Shown here one piece after another: positions 1-9,418 of a DNA stretch of 64,000 nt. Each line of letters begins with the position of its first letter. Position 1 is the stretch's first letter. A program made the translations under genes and the position numbers. This stretch comes from Myxococcota bacterium. Its GTDB lineage: Bacteria > Myxococcota_A > UBA9160 > UBA6930. The DNA is taken from NCBI GenBank assembly GCA_965223415.1, contig OZ245002.1, positions 3,072,001 to 3,136,000 of the forward strand, read 5' to 3'. The notes beneath the pieces are model-generated. The model had not been told where the DNA came from. It did no database searches and worked only from the letters and a program-made list of their open reading frames with translations.

Positions 1-436
1 GGTTCACCTGGGCGTGGATCGCGTACTCGACGTAGACGTTCTGGCCCACGAACCAGACCAGGACGGCGAGAGCGGCCGGCCAGGTGAAGCGACGGAACGC
101 CGTGTCCCGGAAGCCGTGGACCGCCCAGACGAGAGGCAGCGCGATCAGGCAGACCGCCGCGTCGAAGAGCGAGGTGAGCACCCAGTTCAGGTGGATGGGG
201 ATGGCCTCGTTCATGGCCGGCGCACGGCGAACGTCGACCGGCAGGCCGTCCACCAGGCCGTAGGTGTACCAGACCTCCCAGCCCGCGGCGCACACGGCGA
301 ACGAGAGCCCGTAGACCGCCACGGCCCAGCGCGGGATGCGGCCCAGCAAGAACAGGATGGCCACCGCGACGAGGGGGACGAAGGCGGTCAAGTAGAGGCC
401 GCCTACGACGGCGGCCTCGGCTTCGGTCATCGGCAC
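1..436 (-). CDS. Hypothetical integral membrane protein (partial, runs off window start)
   Basis: Read manually: (V)PMTEAEAAVVGGLYLTAFVPLVAVAILFLLGRIPRWAVAVYGLSFAVCAAGWEVWYTYG..., open to position 1; several hydrophobic segments; TACCGT 6 nt upstream of GTG 436. Not in the ORF track. Confidence 0.75.
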   Translation of the reverse strand, partial: MPMTEAEAAVVGGLYLTAFVPLVAVAILFLLGRIPRWAVAVYGLSFAVCAAGWEVWYTYGLVDGLPVDVRRAPAMNEAIPIHLNWVLTSLFDAAVCLIALPLVWAVHGFRDTAFRRFTWPAALAVLVWFVGQNVYVEYAIHAQVN

Positions 437-458
437 GGGCGGACGGTACCGCTCCGCG

Positions 459-1124
459 CTAACTCGCGAAGGCCGCCTTGCCGCTCATGGCCTCGCGGTC
501 GCGCGCCCAGGTGACGACCCCGTCCTCCTTCGGGTCCACGAGGGCGAGCACCGTCCACAGCTGCGGGTGGTCGTGGAGGCGGATGCCGCCGAGAGTGAGC
601 AGCAGGTCGCCCGCCTGCAGCCCCGCCTTCTCGGCGAAGCCGCCCGGCTGGATCGAGCCGATCTCGAGGCCGACCCCGGTCTGCCGCGTCATGGCGCCGA
701 GGAAGGCCCCCCACGCGGTGCCGGGCACGGTGATCCCCCGCTCGATGTAGAGGCGGAGGTCGTTCACGATTTGCTCGCCGTGGCCGAAGACCGTGTCGCG
801 ACCCACGATGTCGAGGAACGCGCCGAAGCCCGATTGCACGACGGTGATGCGCGTGCCCGTCTCCTCCTGCTCGAGCCGGACGGCGATCTCGGTGCCGGCA
901 CAAGGCTCGTGATCCTTGCGGACGCGGAGCAGCCGCTCCGCCTCGACCTCGAGCGGCGTGCAGCTCGCGCCGGGCACGTCCAGCGGAACCAGCGACGGGA
1001 AGCCCGCGAGCACGTAGCGCACGTCGGCGCCGCCCTCTCCGGGGAGCGTGCGTTCGGTCAGCGCCTTCCAGACGGCGCCGGGGGCCATCTCCACGACGAA
1101 CGTCGCTTCGAACTCGTCCTTCAT
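459..1124 (-). CDS. SRPBCC/AHSA1-like domain fused to C-terminal PDZ domain
   Basis: N-terminal APGAVWKALT...GTRITVVQSGF (SRPBCC-like); C-terminal GLEIGSIQPGGFAEKAGLQAGDLLLTLGG (PDZ signature); ATGA overlap with upstream regulator. Confidence 0.8.
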   Translation of the reverse strand: MKDEFEATFVVEMAPGAVWKALTERTLPGEGGADVRYVLAGFPSLVPLDVPGASCTPLEVEAERLLRVRKDHEPCAGTEIAVRLEQEETGTRITVVQSGFGAFLDIVGRDTVFGHGEQIVNDLRLYIERGITVPGTAWGAFLGAMTRQTGVGLEIGSIQPGGFAEKAGLQAGDLLLTLGGIRLHDHPQLWTVLALVDPKEDGVVTWARDREAMSGKAAFAS

Positions 1125-1702
1125 GCTGGGTCCTCCAATTCCGGGTAGACCGCGAAGGCGATGCGAAAGCGCTCGCCTTCGGACTCTCCGTGCTTGGCGA
1201 GCAGGGCCCTCAAGGTGTCGACGTACTCGGACAGGAACGCCGCGCGCGCCGCCTCGTCGGCGAAGCGCACCTCGGCCAGGGCCGTGGCGCTCGGGATCGT
1301 CTCGCCCTCGGACGCGGCCCGGTCGAGGAGCCCCGCGGCGTCCTGCTGCAGGCGCTCACCGAGCTCGCAGAGCTGGGCGAGGGACACCTGATCGCGGAGC
1401 AGGGAGGCCAGGCGCTCCGGATCCGTGGCGAAGCGCGACGACACGACGAAGCGCCGCGCCACGGCCTGGTAGAGCTGCTCCACGAAGTTGCCCTTCCGCC
1501 GCTCGCCGGCGTGGCGCACCAGTCCCACCCGGGCCAGCTCCTTCAGGTGGTAGCTGACCGATTGGCGCGAGCGGCCGAAGGCCCGGGCGACCCCGGCGGC
1601 GGTGTCCGGCGTGCGGAGGGCCTCCAGGATCCTCGCCCGGAGCGGATGGGCGAGGGCGCCGATCTGTTGGGGATTCTCGAGGAGGGCGACGGGGGGCTGC
1701 AT
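1121..1702 (-). CDS. ArsR-like winged helix-turn-helix transcriptional regulator
   Basis: ALAHPLRARILEAL...SRQSVSYHLKELARVGLV motif. Confidence 0.88.
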   Translation of the reverse strand: MQPPVALLENPQQIGALAHPLRARILEALRTPDTAAGVARAFGRSRQSVSYHLKELARVGLVRHAGERRKGNFVEQLYQAVARRFVVSSRFATDPERLASLLRDQVSLAQLCELGERLQQDAAGLLDRAASEGETIPSATALAEVRFADEAARAAFLSEYVDTLRALLAKHGESEGERFRIAFAVYPELEDPA

Positions 1703-1709
1703 CGGCCCG

Positions 1710-1739
1710 ACTGTAGGACGGTTTCTTCTGTCTAGTCAA
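1710..1739 (-). promoter_or_regulatory. Sigma70-type promoter of the ArsR-like gene (probably leaderless)
   Basis: TTGACT-N18-TACAGT on the minus strand, 7 nt before ATG 1702, no SD. Confidence 0.6.
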
Positions 1740-1775
1740 GAATCTTTTTCTACAAATGGAAGCTACCCTGGGGCC

Positions 1776-3194
1776 GTGAGTCCCACCCGCCGCCAGCTCC
1801 TGAAGTGGGGAGTCGGGGCCGGGGCCCTGGCTGGAGCCGGGGTCGTCGGCGCCCGGGCCGTGCTGCTCCCCCCGGCGCCGAGCCGGGAGCCGGGCCACGT
1901 GGGCGACCTCGCGGTGCGGTTCGTCGAAGCCCTCGATTCCGAGGAGCGGGCCGACGCGCTCGTCGACTACGAGCACCCTATGCGCCAGTACCACAACCGG
2001 GGCGTCGATACGGGCGGCGCCTGGGTGATCGGCCTCGGCCGGGAGGCCCGAGGGATCCTGGTCGACCTGGTCCACGCCGGGCTCTCGGAGCGCGGGCGCG
2101 CGCGGATCCCGAACCAGTTCTTCCTGAGCTGGCCCGGCGTCCACGCGACCCGGGTCGTCGTCTGCGGCGACCCGCGCACGCCGCCGTACCAGATCCTGGT
2201 GACCGGGCCGCACCTGAACCTCCGTCTCGGCGGACGCAGCCGCGAGGGCGTGGCCTTCGGCGGGCCGCAGGTCTACGGCGATCAGCGGGGCAACGGTGAG
2301 GTCGGCCTTCCCGGCAACGTCTACCGGTATCAGCTCGAGGCCGGGCAGCGCCTCGTCGCCAGCTTGACGCAGGGGGAGCGCCGTACGGTCCGCCGGCCGA
2401 AGGCGCCGCCGCAGACGGCGATCGAGGTGCAGGGGAGGGCGGGGCGATTCGACGGGCTCGCCGTCGCGGATCTCGCGGTGGAGAGCCGCCGGCTCGCGCG
2501 CGCGCTCGTCGGCGGGATCCTCGAGAGCTACGCAGAGGAAGACGCCGCCTACGCCTGGGAGTGCATCGAGCACAACGGCGGCGTCGACGCCCTGCACCTC
2601 GCCGACTACGACGTCGATCACCAGGGCGGGCGCCGGGCCGGCGAGGGACCGTCCCAGATCATCCGCCTGGAGGGGCCGGCGGCGGTCTTCCACTACCGGG
2701 GCGAGCCTCACCTCCACGCCTTCCTGAACGTGGCGATGGACGGGGAGCGCCCGCTGAGCGTGGGCGAGGTGGTCGCCCACAACCCCGAGCCCCTGGGCCC
2801 GGAGGGCGTGAAGGCGCTCTTCGAGGAGGTGATGCTCGCCTCGTCGGACGCGGACCTCGCCTACTATCCCCTCGAGTCGGTTGCCGGCCGTCTGCGCGCC
2901 GGTGAGATCCGGACGGGCGACCTGTACAACCTCGAGAGCTGGCGGGAGCAGGTGGTCGTCGTGTCGGTGAAGGGCGCCGATCTCGCGGAGCCCCAGCTCG
3001 AAGCGCTCCGCCGGCGCGGAGACGCCGTTCGTTCCGGCAGCACCTATCGCATCGCCACCTTCGGCTACGCCGCCGAGCACCTGGCGGACGAGGCGCTGGG
3101 CGACGTCGGGTCGGAGGAGGAGACGGGGTCGATGCTCCGCGAGCTGGCGATCGTCCACCTGGCCGACCACGGGTTTCCTTCCGTCGGGGGCTAG
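1776..3194 (+). CDS. Tat-exported DUF3500-like protein with C-terminal 5'-nucleotidase-C-like domain
   Basis: GTG 1776 gives SPTRRQLLKW (twin-arginine signal); GPHLNL, FGGPQVYG, IRLEGP...PHLH resemble DUF3500; tail DADLAYY...AGEIRTGDLY...VVVSVKGADL...TYRIATFGY. Confidence 0.7.
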   Translation: MSPTRRQLLKWGVGAGALAGAGVVGARAVLLPPAPSREPGHVGDLAVRFVEALDSEERADALVDYEHPMRQYHNRGVDTGGAWVIGLGREARGILVDLVHAGLSERGRARIPNQFFLSWPGVHATRVVVCGDPRTPPYQILVTGPHLNLRLGGRSREGVAFGGPQVYGDQRGNGEVGLPGNVYRYQLEAGQRLVASLTQGERRTVRRPKAPPQTAIEVQGRAGRFDGLAVADLAVESRRLARALVGGILESYAEEDAAYAWECIEHNGGVDALHLADYDVDHQGGRRAGEGPSQIIRLEGPAAVFHYRGEPHLHAFLNVAMDGERPLSVGEVVAHNPEPLGPEGVKALFEEVMLASSDADLAYYPLESVAGRLRAGEIRTGDLYNLESWREQVVVVSVKGADLAEPQLEALRRRGDAVRSGSTYRIATFGYAAEHLADEALGDVGSEEETGSMLRELAIVHLADHGFPSVGG

Positions 3195-3268
3195 CCCGCG
3201 CGCCCGAGAGATGCGCTCCCCCCTTTGCGCCGAGGGTCGCGGTATCCTCGTCCGCTGGAGGGAATCCC

Positions 3269-4243
3269 GTGCCGAGCCCCCATCCGGACCCCGCGGCCCC
3301 GAGCCGCTTCTTCCGCGCCGAGCAGCTCGCGGATCTCGAACGGGACGGCGTGGTCTGTGCGCGGGGTCTCCTCGACACCGACGCCATCGCCGGCCTCCGC
3401 ACCGCCCTCGAGGACGCGATCGCCAAGCTCAGCGTCCTCGGCAAGAACGCCCTCAACCGCGAGAGCAAGGGCTTCCACGGCGACATCTTCGTGTGGAAGC
3501 TCCACGACGCCTTTCGAGACCTGGCGCTCTTCTCTCCCCTGCCCGCGCTCGCGCATCAGGTGCTGGGCACGCCCACCGTGCGTTTCTTCTACGAGCAGTT
3601 CGTCGTCAAGCGGGCCGGCAGCCCGGTGGACACGCCCTGGCACCAGGACATTCCCTTCTGGCCCGTGGTGGGCAGCCAGATCGTCTCGTTCTGGATCACC
3701 CTCGACCCGGTCACCCGTGAGTCGAGCGGGCTCGAGTTCGTGCGTGGCTCACACCGCTGGGAGGAGCGCTTCAAGGCCGTGACGCCGGGCCACGACCCGT
3801 ACATGATGGACACGGACCTGCCGATCGCGCCGAACTACGCGGAGCACCGCGACGACCACGACGTGATTGGCTGGGACATGGATCCGGGCGACGTGCTCGT
3901 GTTCGGCCCGGTCGTCTGCCACGGCTCCGCGGGCAACGCGTCGAACGAGGTCGACCGCCGTGCGCTCGCCTTCCGCTACTGCGGCCCCGACGTCCGGTAC
4001 GCGCCGCGCCACGCGACCATGCCGCTCCTCTGGGACCACGGCCTCGAGGCCGGCGATCCCCTGGGCGGCGGCCTCTTCCCCCAGGTCTGGCCCCGCGTGA
4101 TCGACGAGGAGATCGCCCGGCGCATGGAAGGGCCGGAGCCACCCAGCGGGAGCCAGGTGGGCGCCTTCCTGGAGCACCTCGCCGAGACGGGTTTCGGGCC
4201 CGACGGCGGCAAGCGGACCTTCTTCGAGGGAGCGGGAAGCTGA
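3269..4243 (+). CDS. Phytanoyl-CoA dioxygenase (PhyH) family Fe(II)/2-oxoglutarate oxygenase
   Basis: TPWHQD, FVRGSH, HGSAGN...RRA motifs. Confidence 0.9.
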   Translation: MPSPHPDPAAPSRFFRAEQLADLERDGVVCARGLLDTDAIAGLRTALEDAIAKLSVLGKNALNRESKGFHGDIFVWKLHDAFRDLALFSPLPALAHQVLGTPTVRFFYEQFVVKRAGSPVDTPWHQDIPFWPVVGSQIVSFWITLDPVTRESSGLEFVRGSHRWEERFKAVTPGHDPYMMDTDLPIAPNYAEHRDDHDVIGWDMDPGDVLVFGPVVCHGSAGNASNEVDRRALAFRYCGPDVRYAPRHATMPLLWDHGLEAGDPLGGGLFPQVWPRVIDEEIARRMEGPEPPSGSQVGAFLEHLAETGFGPDGGKRTFFEGAGS

Positions 4244-5517
4244 GGCGACGCCGCGCGGAGCTCCTGCTCGTCGGACTCGTCGCCTTCGACTGCGGCGCGG
4301 AGCAGCCGGAGGTCGGCGTTCCGCCGGCCGATCCGTCCCTCCCGGCGCCGGAGCCCCTCGCGGGCTGGGCGACCTGGGTGATGGGCGCCTACCTGGATTG
4401 GAGCGCCTGGCGCGAGTCGCGCTCCGGCTACATCGCGATGTTCGCCCGGGACGGTCGGGTGGTGCACGCCTCGGCGACGGGCTGGGCGGATCGCGAAGAG
4501 GGCGTGCCGATGCGGATCGACACGCCGGTGCGCATGGCCTCGATGACGAAGCCGGTCACCGCTGTCGCGGCCCACATTCTGATCGAGGAGGGCCGGCTCG
4601 GGCTGGGCGATCCGGTCGCGCGCTGGGTGCCGGCCTTCGCCGGGACGCGCGTGGCCGCGGCCGTCGACCGCGACGGGTCCGGGGAGCTCCCCACCGTGCC
4701 GCCGGACCCGGTGCTCACGGTTCGCCACCTCCTCCAGTTCACCGCCGGAATCGGCGGCGGAGACGACGAGGCGAGTGACCTCGGCAGGCTCTGGTCGGAG
4801 GGGTACGTGTACGCCCGGGAGGGCTCCCTGGCCGAGCGCATCGATCGCCTCGCGGAGCTGCCCCTCTACGAGCATCCGGGAGAGCAGTGGCGCTACGGCG
4901 GGAGCGCCGACGTGCTGGCTCGCGTGGTGGAGGTCGCGGCGGGCGAGCCTTTCGATCGCTTCCTGGCGCGGCGCATCTTCGAGCCCCTCGGTATGGAGGC
5001 GACGCGCTTCCTCGGCGCGGTGGAGGATCCGGGCACGAGCCTCCCGCGGGTCTACACCCAGGACGAAGACGGCGAGCTCGTGCGGGTGGACGACGCGAAG
5101 GTCGACCGGCTCGCGTGGACGCCCGGCGGCAGCGGCCTCGTCTCGACCGCCGCCGACTACATGCGCTTCGCCCTCATGCTCTGGAACGGCGGGAGCTACG
5201 ACGGCGCGCGCATCCTCTCCCCCGCGACGGTCGCGAACCTGCGCCAGCCCCACGTCCGCTCCGGAGTGCTCCGCGAGTTCGACATGGAGGGCATCGGCTG
5301 GGGCCTCGGCCTCGCCGTCATCGTCGACGCCGACGCCACGCCCACCCCCGACCGCAACGGCGACTACTGGTGGGCCGGCTACTACGGCACCACCTTCTTC
5401 ATCAGCCCCGAGACCGGCCTGGTCGGCATCGTCCTCTCCCAGAACGAGCCCAGCGAGCACAGCGGCCTCCCCCTCGAGCTCTACCTCGTCCAGGGCCTCG
5501 CCTTCGCCGGGCTCTAG
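4240..5517 (+). CDS. Serine hydrolase, beta-lactamase class C-like family (start uncertain: CTG 4240 or GTG 4378)
   Basis: ASMTK (SxxK), PGEQWRYG, GGSGLVSTAADY, WAGYYGT; frame open back to CTG 4240, giving an RRRR-hydrophobic-Cys leader. Confidence 0.85.
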   Translation: MRRRRAELLLVGLVAFDCGAEQPEVGVPPADPSLPAPEPLAGWATWVMGAYLDWSAWRESRSGYIAMFARDGRVVHASATGWADREEGVPMRIDTPVRMASMTKPVTAVAAHILIEEGRLGLGDPVARWVPAFAGTRVAAAVDRDGSGELPTVPPDPVLTVRHLLQFTAGIGGGDDEASDLGRLWSEGYVYAREGSLAERIDRLAELPLYEHPGEQWRYGGSADVLARVVEVAAGEPFDRFLARRIFEPLGMEATRFLGAVEDPGTSLPRVYTQDEDGELVRVDDAKVDRLAWTPGGSGLVSTAADYMRFALMLWNGGSYDGARILSPATVANLRQPHVRSGVLREFDMEGIGWGLGLAVIVDADATPTPDRNGDYWWAGYYGTTFFISPETGLVGIVLSQNEPSEHSGLPLELYLVQGLAFAGL

Positions 5518-5520
5518 CTC

Positions 5521-5613
5521 GAAGAGCGCAAGATCGGGGACGTTGCTTGCAACTTGCGTTCTCGCGCCCCAAGAACGCAAGTTGCAAGGAACGTCCCCAC
5601 TCTTGCGCTTTTT
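5521..5613. repeat. Long inverted repeat (38-bp arms, 3 mismatches, 9-nt loop); REP/REPIN-like, possible terminator
   Basis: 5525-5562 pairs with 5572-5609; followed by a T run. Confidence 0.85.
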
Positions 5614-5654
5614 GGTTCCGGCTGGCTTTCTCGTGGAGAACCGCTACTACTTCT

Positions 5655-5846
5655 TCATCGGTTTCCCCGCCGCCCGTACCGAAATCGCGCGCGGCTCACC
5701 GATGCGGCGAACAGCAGGACCTCTCACCTCCCGACCGCCTGGTCGAGGTCGCGCCGCCCCAACCCAGTCTTTCCCTTTCCTGTTGTCTGGGTGAGAAGCA
5801 CCAGCCGTGCCGCGGCCCCGGGCTCGCCGCACGGCGGAGAACGCCA
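5655..5846 (+). promoter_or_regulatory. Putative structured 5' leader of the DEAD-box helicase gene
   Basis: Stems CATCGGT/ACCGATG, GACCTC/GAGGTC, ACCCAG/CTGGGT, GCCGTGC/GCACGGC; the last abuts the SD GGAGA. Confidence 0.45.
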
Positions 5847-7142
5847 TTGTCCAGCGCACACGCGCACACCACGGCGGAGGGCGGCTTCGACCGCTTCCGT
5901 CTCGATTCCACACTCAACCGCGGCCTACGGGCTGCGGGCTTTCAGGAGCCCCGACCGATCCAGAAGGAGACGATCCCCGCCTGTCTCGAGGGCCGGGACG
6001 TCATGGGCCTGGCCCAGACCGGCACCGGCAAGACGGCCGCCTTCGCGCTGCCGATCCTCCAGGGGCTGATCGAGGAGCCCGGCGAGGGCCCTCTCGTCCT
6101 CGTGCTGGCGCCGACCCGCGAGCTCGCCGTCCAGATCGACGCCGAATTTCGCCTCCTCGCCAAGCACACCGACATCCGCACGACGACCATTTTCGGCGGG
6201 GTCGCCGCCAGCACCCAGGTCCGCGCACTCCGCCGGAGGCCCGAGATCGTGATCGGCTGTCCCGGTCGCGTCCTCGACCTGCTGCAGCAGCGGCAGCTGA
6301 ACCTGTCCGGCGTCGACACCCTGGTCCTCGACGAGGCGGACCACATGTTCGACATGGGCTTCCTGCCCGACATCCGCAAGATCCTGGCGGCGCTTCCCGA
6401 CGAGCGGCAGAGCCTGCTCTTCTCGGCCACGATGCCGAAGGCGATCCGGGAGCTGGCCGAGCGGGCGCTCGACGATCCCCACGTCGTCGAGCTCGACCAC
6501 TCCGCGCCGGCGGAGCGCATCGAGCATGCCCTCTACCCGGTGGACGAGGGGCGCAAGCGGGAGCTCCTCGAACGCCTGCTCTCGGGGGACGACTGCGGTT
6601 CGGCGATCGTGTTCACCCGCACGAAGCACCGAGCGAAGCGGCTGGCACTCCAGCTCGACAAGGAGGGCCACCGGGCCGTCGGCCTGCAGGGCAACATGTC
6701 GCAGCCCCAGCGGGACAGGGCGATGCGCGGCTTCCGCGAAGGTCGCTTCGACGTCCTGGTCGCGACGGACATCGCGGCCCGGGGCCTCGACGTCGCCGGT
6801 GTCGACTACGTCATCAACTTCGATCCGCCGAGCACGCCGGACATCTACACCCACCGCATCGGCCGGACGGGCCGCTCCGACGCGAGCGGTCGGGCCTGCA
6901 CTTTCGTCACGACGGCGGACCGCGCCTGGATCCGCGATACCGAGCGGGCGCTGGGTGAGCCGATCTCGCGCTGCGAGCTGCCGGGCTTCGAGAGCAAGGG
7001 CGGTACCGCTTCCCCGCGATCATCCGATCGCGGCGGGAGCCGGAGCCGGTCCCGGAGCCGAGCCGGGAGCGGAAGCCGAGGCCGGAACGGAAGCGGCGGC
7101 GGCCGGTCGCAAGGAGCGGGGCGCTCGCGGCGTCGCCGCTGA
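5847..7142 (+). CDS. rhlE: DEAD-box RNA helicase (RhlE-like)
   Basis: [37 protein letters not shown] start with GGAGA SD; R/S/G-rich tail. Confidence 0.92.
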   Translation: MSSAHAHTTAEGGFDRFRLDSTLNRGLRAAGFQEPRPIQKETIPACLEGRDVMGLAQTGTGKTAAFALPILQGLIEEPGEGPLVLVLAPTRELAVQIDAEFRLLAKHTDIRTTTIFGGVAASTQVRALRRRPEIVIGCPGRVLDLLQQRQLNLSGVDTLVLDEADHMFDMGFLPDIRKILAALPDERQSLLFSATMPKAIRELAERALDDPHVVELDHSAPAERIEHALYPVDEGRKRELLERLLSGDDCGSAIVFTRTKHRAKRLALQLDKEGHRAVGLQGNMSQPQRDRAMRGFREGRFDVLVATDIAARGLDVAGVDYVINFDPPSTPDIYTHRIGRTGRSDASGRACTFVTTADRAWIRDTERALGEPISRCELPGFESKGGTASPRSSDRGGSRSRSRSRAGSGSRGRNGSGGGRSQGAGRSRRRR

Positions 7143-7183
7143 GTTGGTACCTCTTCCGCCGGCGCGATCGTCTCGGAGGGTCC

Positions 7184-9409
7184 ATGAGCCAGTCCCCGCC
7201 CATCATCTACACTTGGACGGACGAGGCGCCGGCCCTGGCGACCCAGGCCTTCCTGCCGATCATCCGGGCCTTCGCCAGCGCGACCGGCGTGCCCGTGGAG
7301 ACGCGGGACATCTCGCTGGCCGGCCGTCTCCTCGCGGCCTTTCGGGACCGCCTGACGCCGGAGCAGCGGGAGCCCGACGGCCTGGCGCTACTGGGCGAGC
7401 TCGTGAAGACGCCGGAAGCCGCGGTCATCAAGCTGCCGAACATCAGCGCCTCCGTCCCGCAGATGAAGGCGGCGATCGCGGAGCTCCAGGCCGCGGGCTA
7501 CCCGCTGCCGGACTACCCGGAGGAGCCGGCGAACGACGAGGAGCGGGCGATCAAGGCCCGCTACGACAAGGTGAAGGGCAGCGCCGTGAACCCGGTGCTG
7601 CGCGAGGGGAACTCGGACCGGCGCGCGCCGAAGGCCGTGAAGGAGTACGCCCGGCAGAACCCCCACCGCATGGGCGCCTGGGCGGAGGGCTCGAAGACCC
7701 ACGTCGCGACGATGGGCGCCGGCGATTTCCGTCACAACGAGAAGTCGGTCACCGTCCCCGCGCCGGCGACGGTCCGCATCGAGCACGTGGCGGGGGACGG
7801 GGCGACGACGATCCTGAAGGAAGGCATCGAGCTGCTTCCCGGCGAGGTGGTCGACGCCACCTTCATGAGCCGGGCTGCCCTGGTGTCATTCCTTCGGGAG
7901 CAGATCCGCGATGCCAAGGCGAAGGGCGTCCTCTTCTCGCTGCACATGAAAGCCACGATGATGAAGGTCTCGGACCCGATCATCTTCGGCCACGCGGTGC
8001 GCGTCTTCTTCGCGGACGTCTTCGAGAAGCACGGCGCCGTGCTCGACGAGCTGGGCGTGGACGTGAACAACGGCTTCGGCGACCTGCTCGAGAAGATCGC
8101 CGAGCTCTCGGACAAGGAGCGCAAGCCGATCGAGGCGGACATCGAGGCGGCCTACGTCGCCGGGCCGGCCCTGGCGATGGTGAACTCCGACAAGGGCATC
8201 ACCAACCTCCACGTGCCGAGCGACGTGATCATCGACGCGTCGATGCCGCCGATGATCCGCGACAGCGGCGGCATGTGGAACCCGGACGGCGAGCTCCAGG
8301 ACTGCAAGGCCGTCATCCCCGACAGCAGCTACTCCAGCGTCTACCAGGCGGTGATCGAGGATTGCCAGCGCCACGGCGCTTATGATCCGGCGACCATGGG
8401 CAGCGTTCCCAACGTCGGGTTGATGGCCCAGAAGGCCGAGGAGTACGGCTCCCACGACAAGACCTTCGAGATGGCCGGCGACGGCAGCGTCCGCGTAGTC
8501 GACGCCGCGGGGAGCGTGCTGATCGAGCATCCCGTGGAGCAGGGCGACATCTGGCGGGCCTGCCAGGTGAAGGACGCCGCGGTTCGCGATTGGGTGAAGC
8601 TGGCCGTTACGCGGGCCCGCGCGACCGGGGCGCCCGCGGTCTTCTGGCTCGATCGCGAGCGTGCCCACGACGCCCAGCTCATCGCGAAGGTGGAGGCCTA
8701 CCTCGGGGAGCACGACACGAGCGGCCTCGATCTTCGCATCCTCTCGCCGGCCCTGGCCACCCGCCTCTCCCTCGAGCGGATCCGCCGTGGCGAGGACACC
8801 ATCTCGGTCACCGGAAACGTCCTGCGCGACTACCTGACCGATCTCTTTCCCATCCTCGAGATCGGCACCAGCGCCAAGATGCTCTCGGTCGTGCCGCTGA
8901 TGAACGGCGGCGGCCTCTTCGAGACGGGCGCCGGCGGCTCGGCGCCGAAGCACGTGCAGCAGTTCGAGCAAGAGGGCCACCTGCGCTGGGACTCCCTCGG
9001 CGAGTTCCTGGCCCTCGCCGCAGCGCTCGAGCACCTGGGCGAGCGCTTCGACAACGCGGCGGCCCGACTGCTCGGCGAGACCCTCGACGAGGCCACGGCC
9101 CAGCTGCTTCTGAACCGAAAGGCGCCGTCGCGCAAGGTGCACGAGCTCGACAACCGCGGCAGCCAGTTCTACCTGGCGCTCTACTGGGCCCGGGCGCTGG
9201 CGGACCAGACCACCGATCCCGGGCTCGCGGAGCGCTTCGCGCCGGTGGCCGAGGCGCTTTCGTCGAACGAGGAGGCCATCGTCCTGGAGCTGAACGCCGC
9301 CCAGGGCGCGCCCCAGGACCTCGGCGGCTACTACCGGCCGGATCCGGCGCGGGCGGAGAGCGCGATGCGTCCGAGCGCCACCCTGAACGGGATCATCGAC
9401 CGGATCTGA
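7184..9409 (+). CDS. icd: Monomeric NADP-dependent isocitrate dehydrogenase
   Basis: 741 aa; [51 protein letters not shown]. Confidence 0.97.
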   Translation: MSQSPPIIYTWTDEAPALATQAFLPIIRAFASATGVPVETRDISLAGRLLAAFRDRLTPEQREPDGLALLGELVKTPEAAVIKLPNISASVPQMKAAIAELQAAGYPLPDYPEEPANDEERAIKARYDKVKGSAVNPVLREGNSDRRAPKAVKEYARQNPHRMGAWAEGSKTHVATMGAGDFRHNEKSVTVPAPATVRIEHVAGDGATTILKEGIELLPGEVVDATFMSRAALVSFLREQIRDAKAKGVLFSLHMKATMMKVSDPIIFGHAVRVFFADVFEKHGAVLDELGVDVNNGFGDLLEKIAELSDKERKPIEADIEAAYVAGPALAMVNSDKGITNLHVPSDVIIDASMPPMIRDSGGMWNPDGELQDCKAVIPDSSYSSVYQAVIEDCQRHGAYDPATMGSVPNVGLMAQKAEEYGSHDKTFEMAGDGSVRVVDAAGSVLIEHPVEQGDIWRACQVKDAAVRDWVKLAVTRARATGAPAVFWLDRERAHDAQLIAKVEAYLGEHDTSGLDLRILSPALATRLSLERIRRGEDTISVTGNVLRDYLTDLFPILEIGTSAKMLSVVPLMNGGGLFETGAGGSAPKHVQQFEQEGHLRWDSLGEFLALAAALEHLGERFDNAAARLLGETLDEATAQLLLNRKAPSRKVHELDNRGSQFYLALYWARALADQTTDPGLAERFAPVAEALSSNEEAIVLELNAAQGAPQDLGGYYRPDPARAESAMRPSATLNGIIDRI

Positions 9410-9418
9410 CGTCTCGCC

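Noticed and set aside
4887..5846. N-terminal extension of the helicase in the ORF track
   Set aside because: Overlaps the hydrolase gene and the palindrome; helicase similarity begins after TTG 5847, which has an SD.
7030..7140. GGAGCC-like short repeats
   Set aside because: They encode the ordinary Arg/Ser/Gly low-complexity helicase tail.
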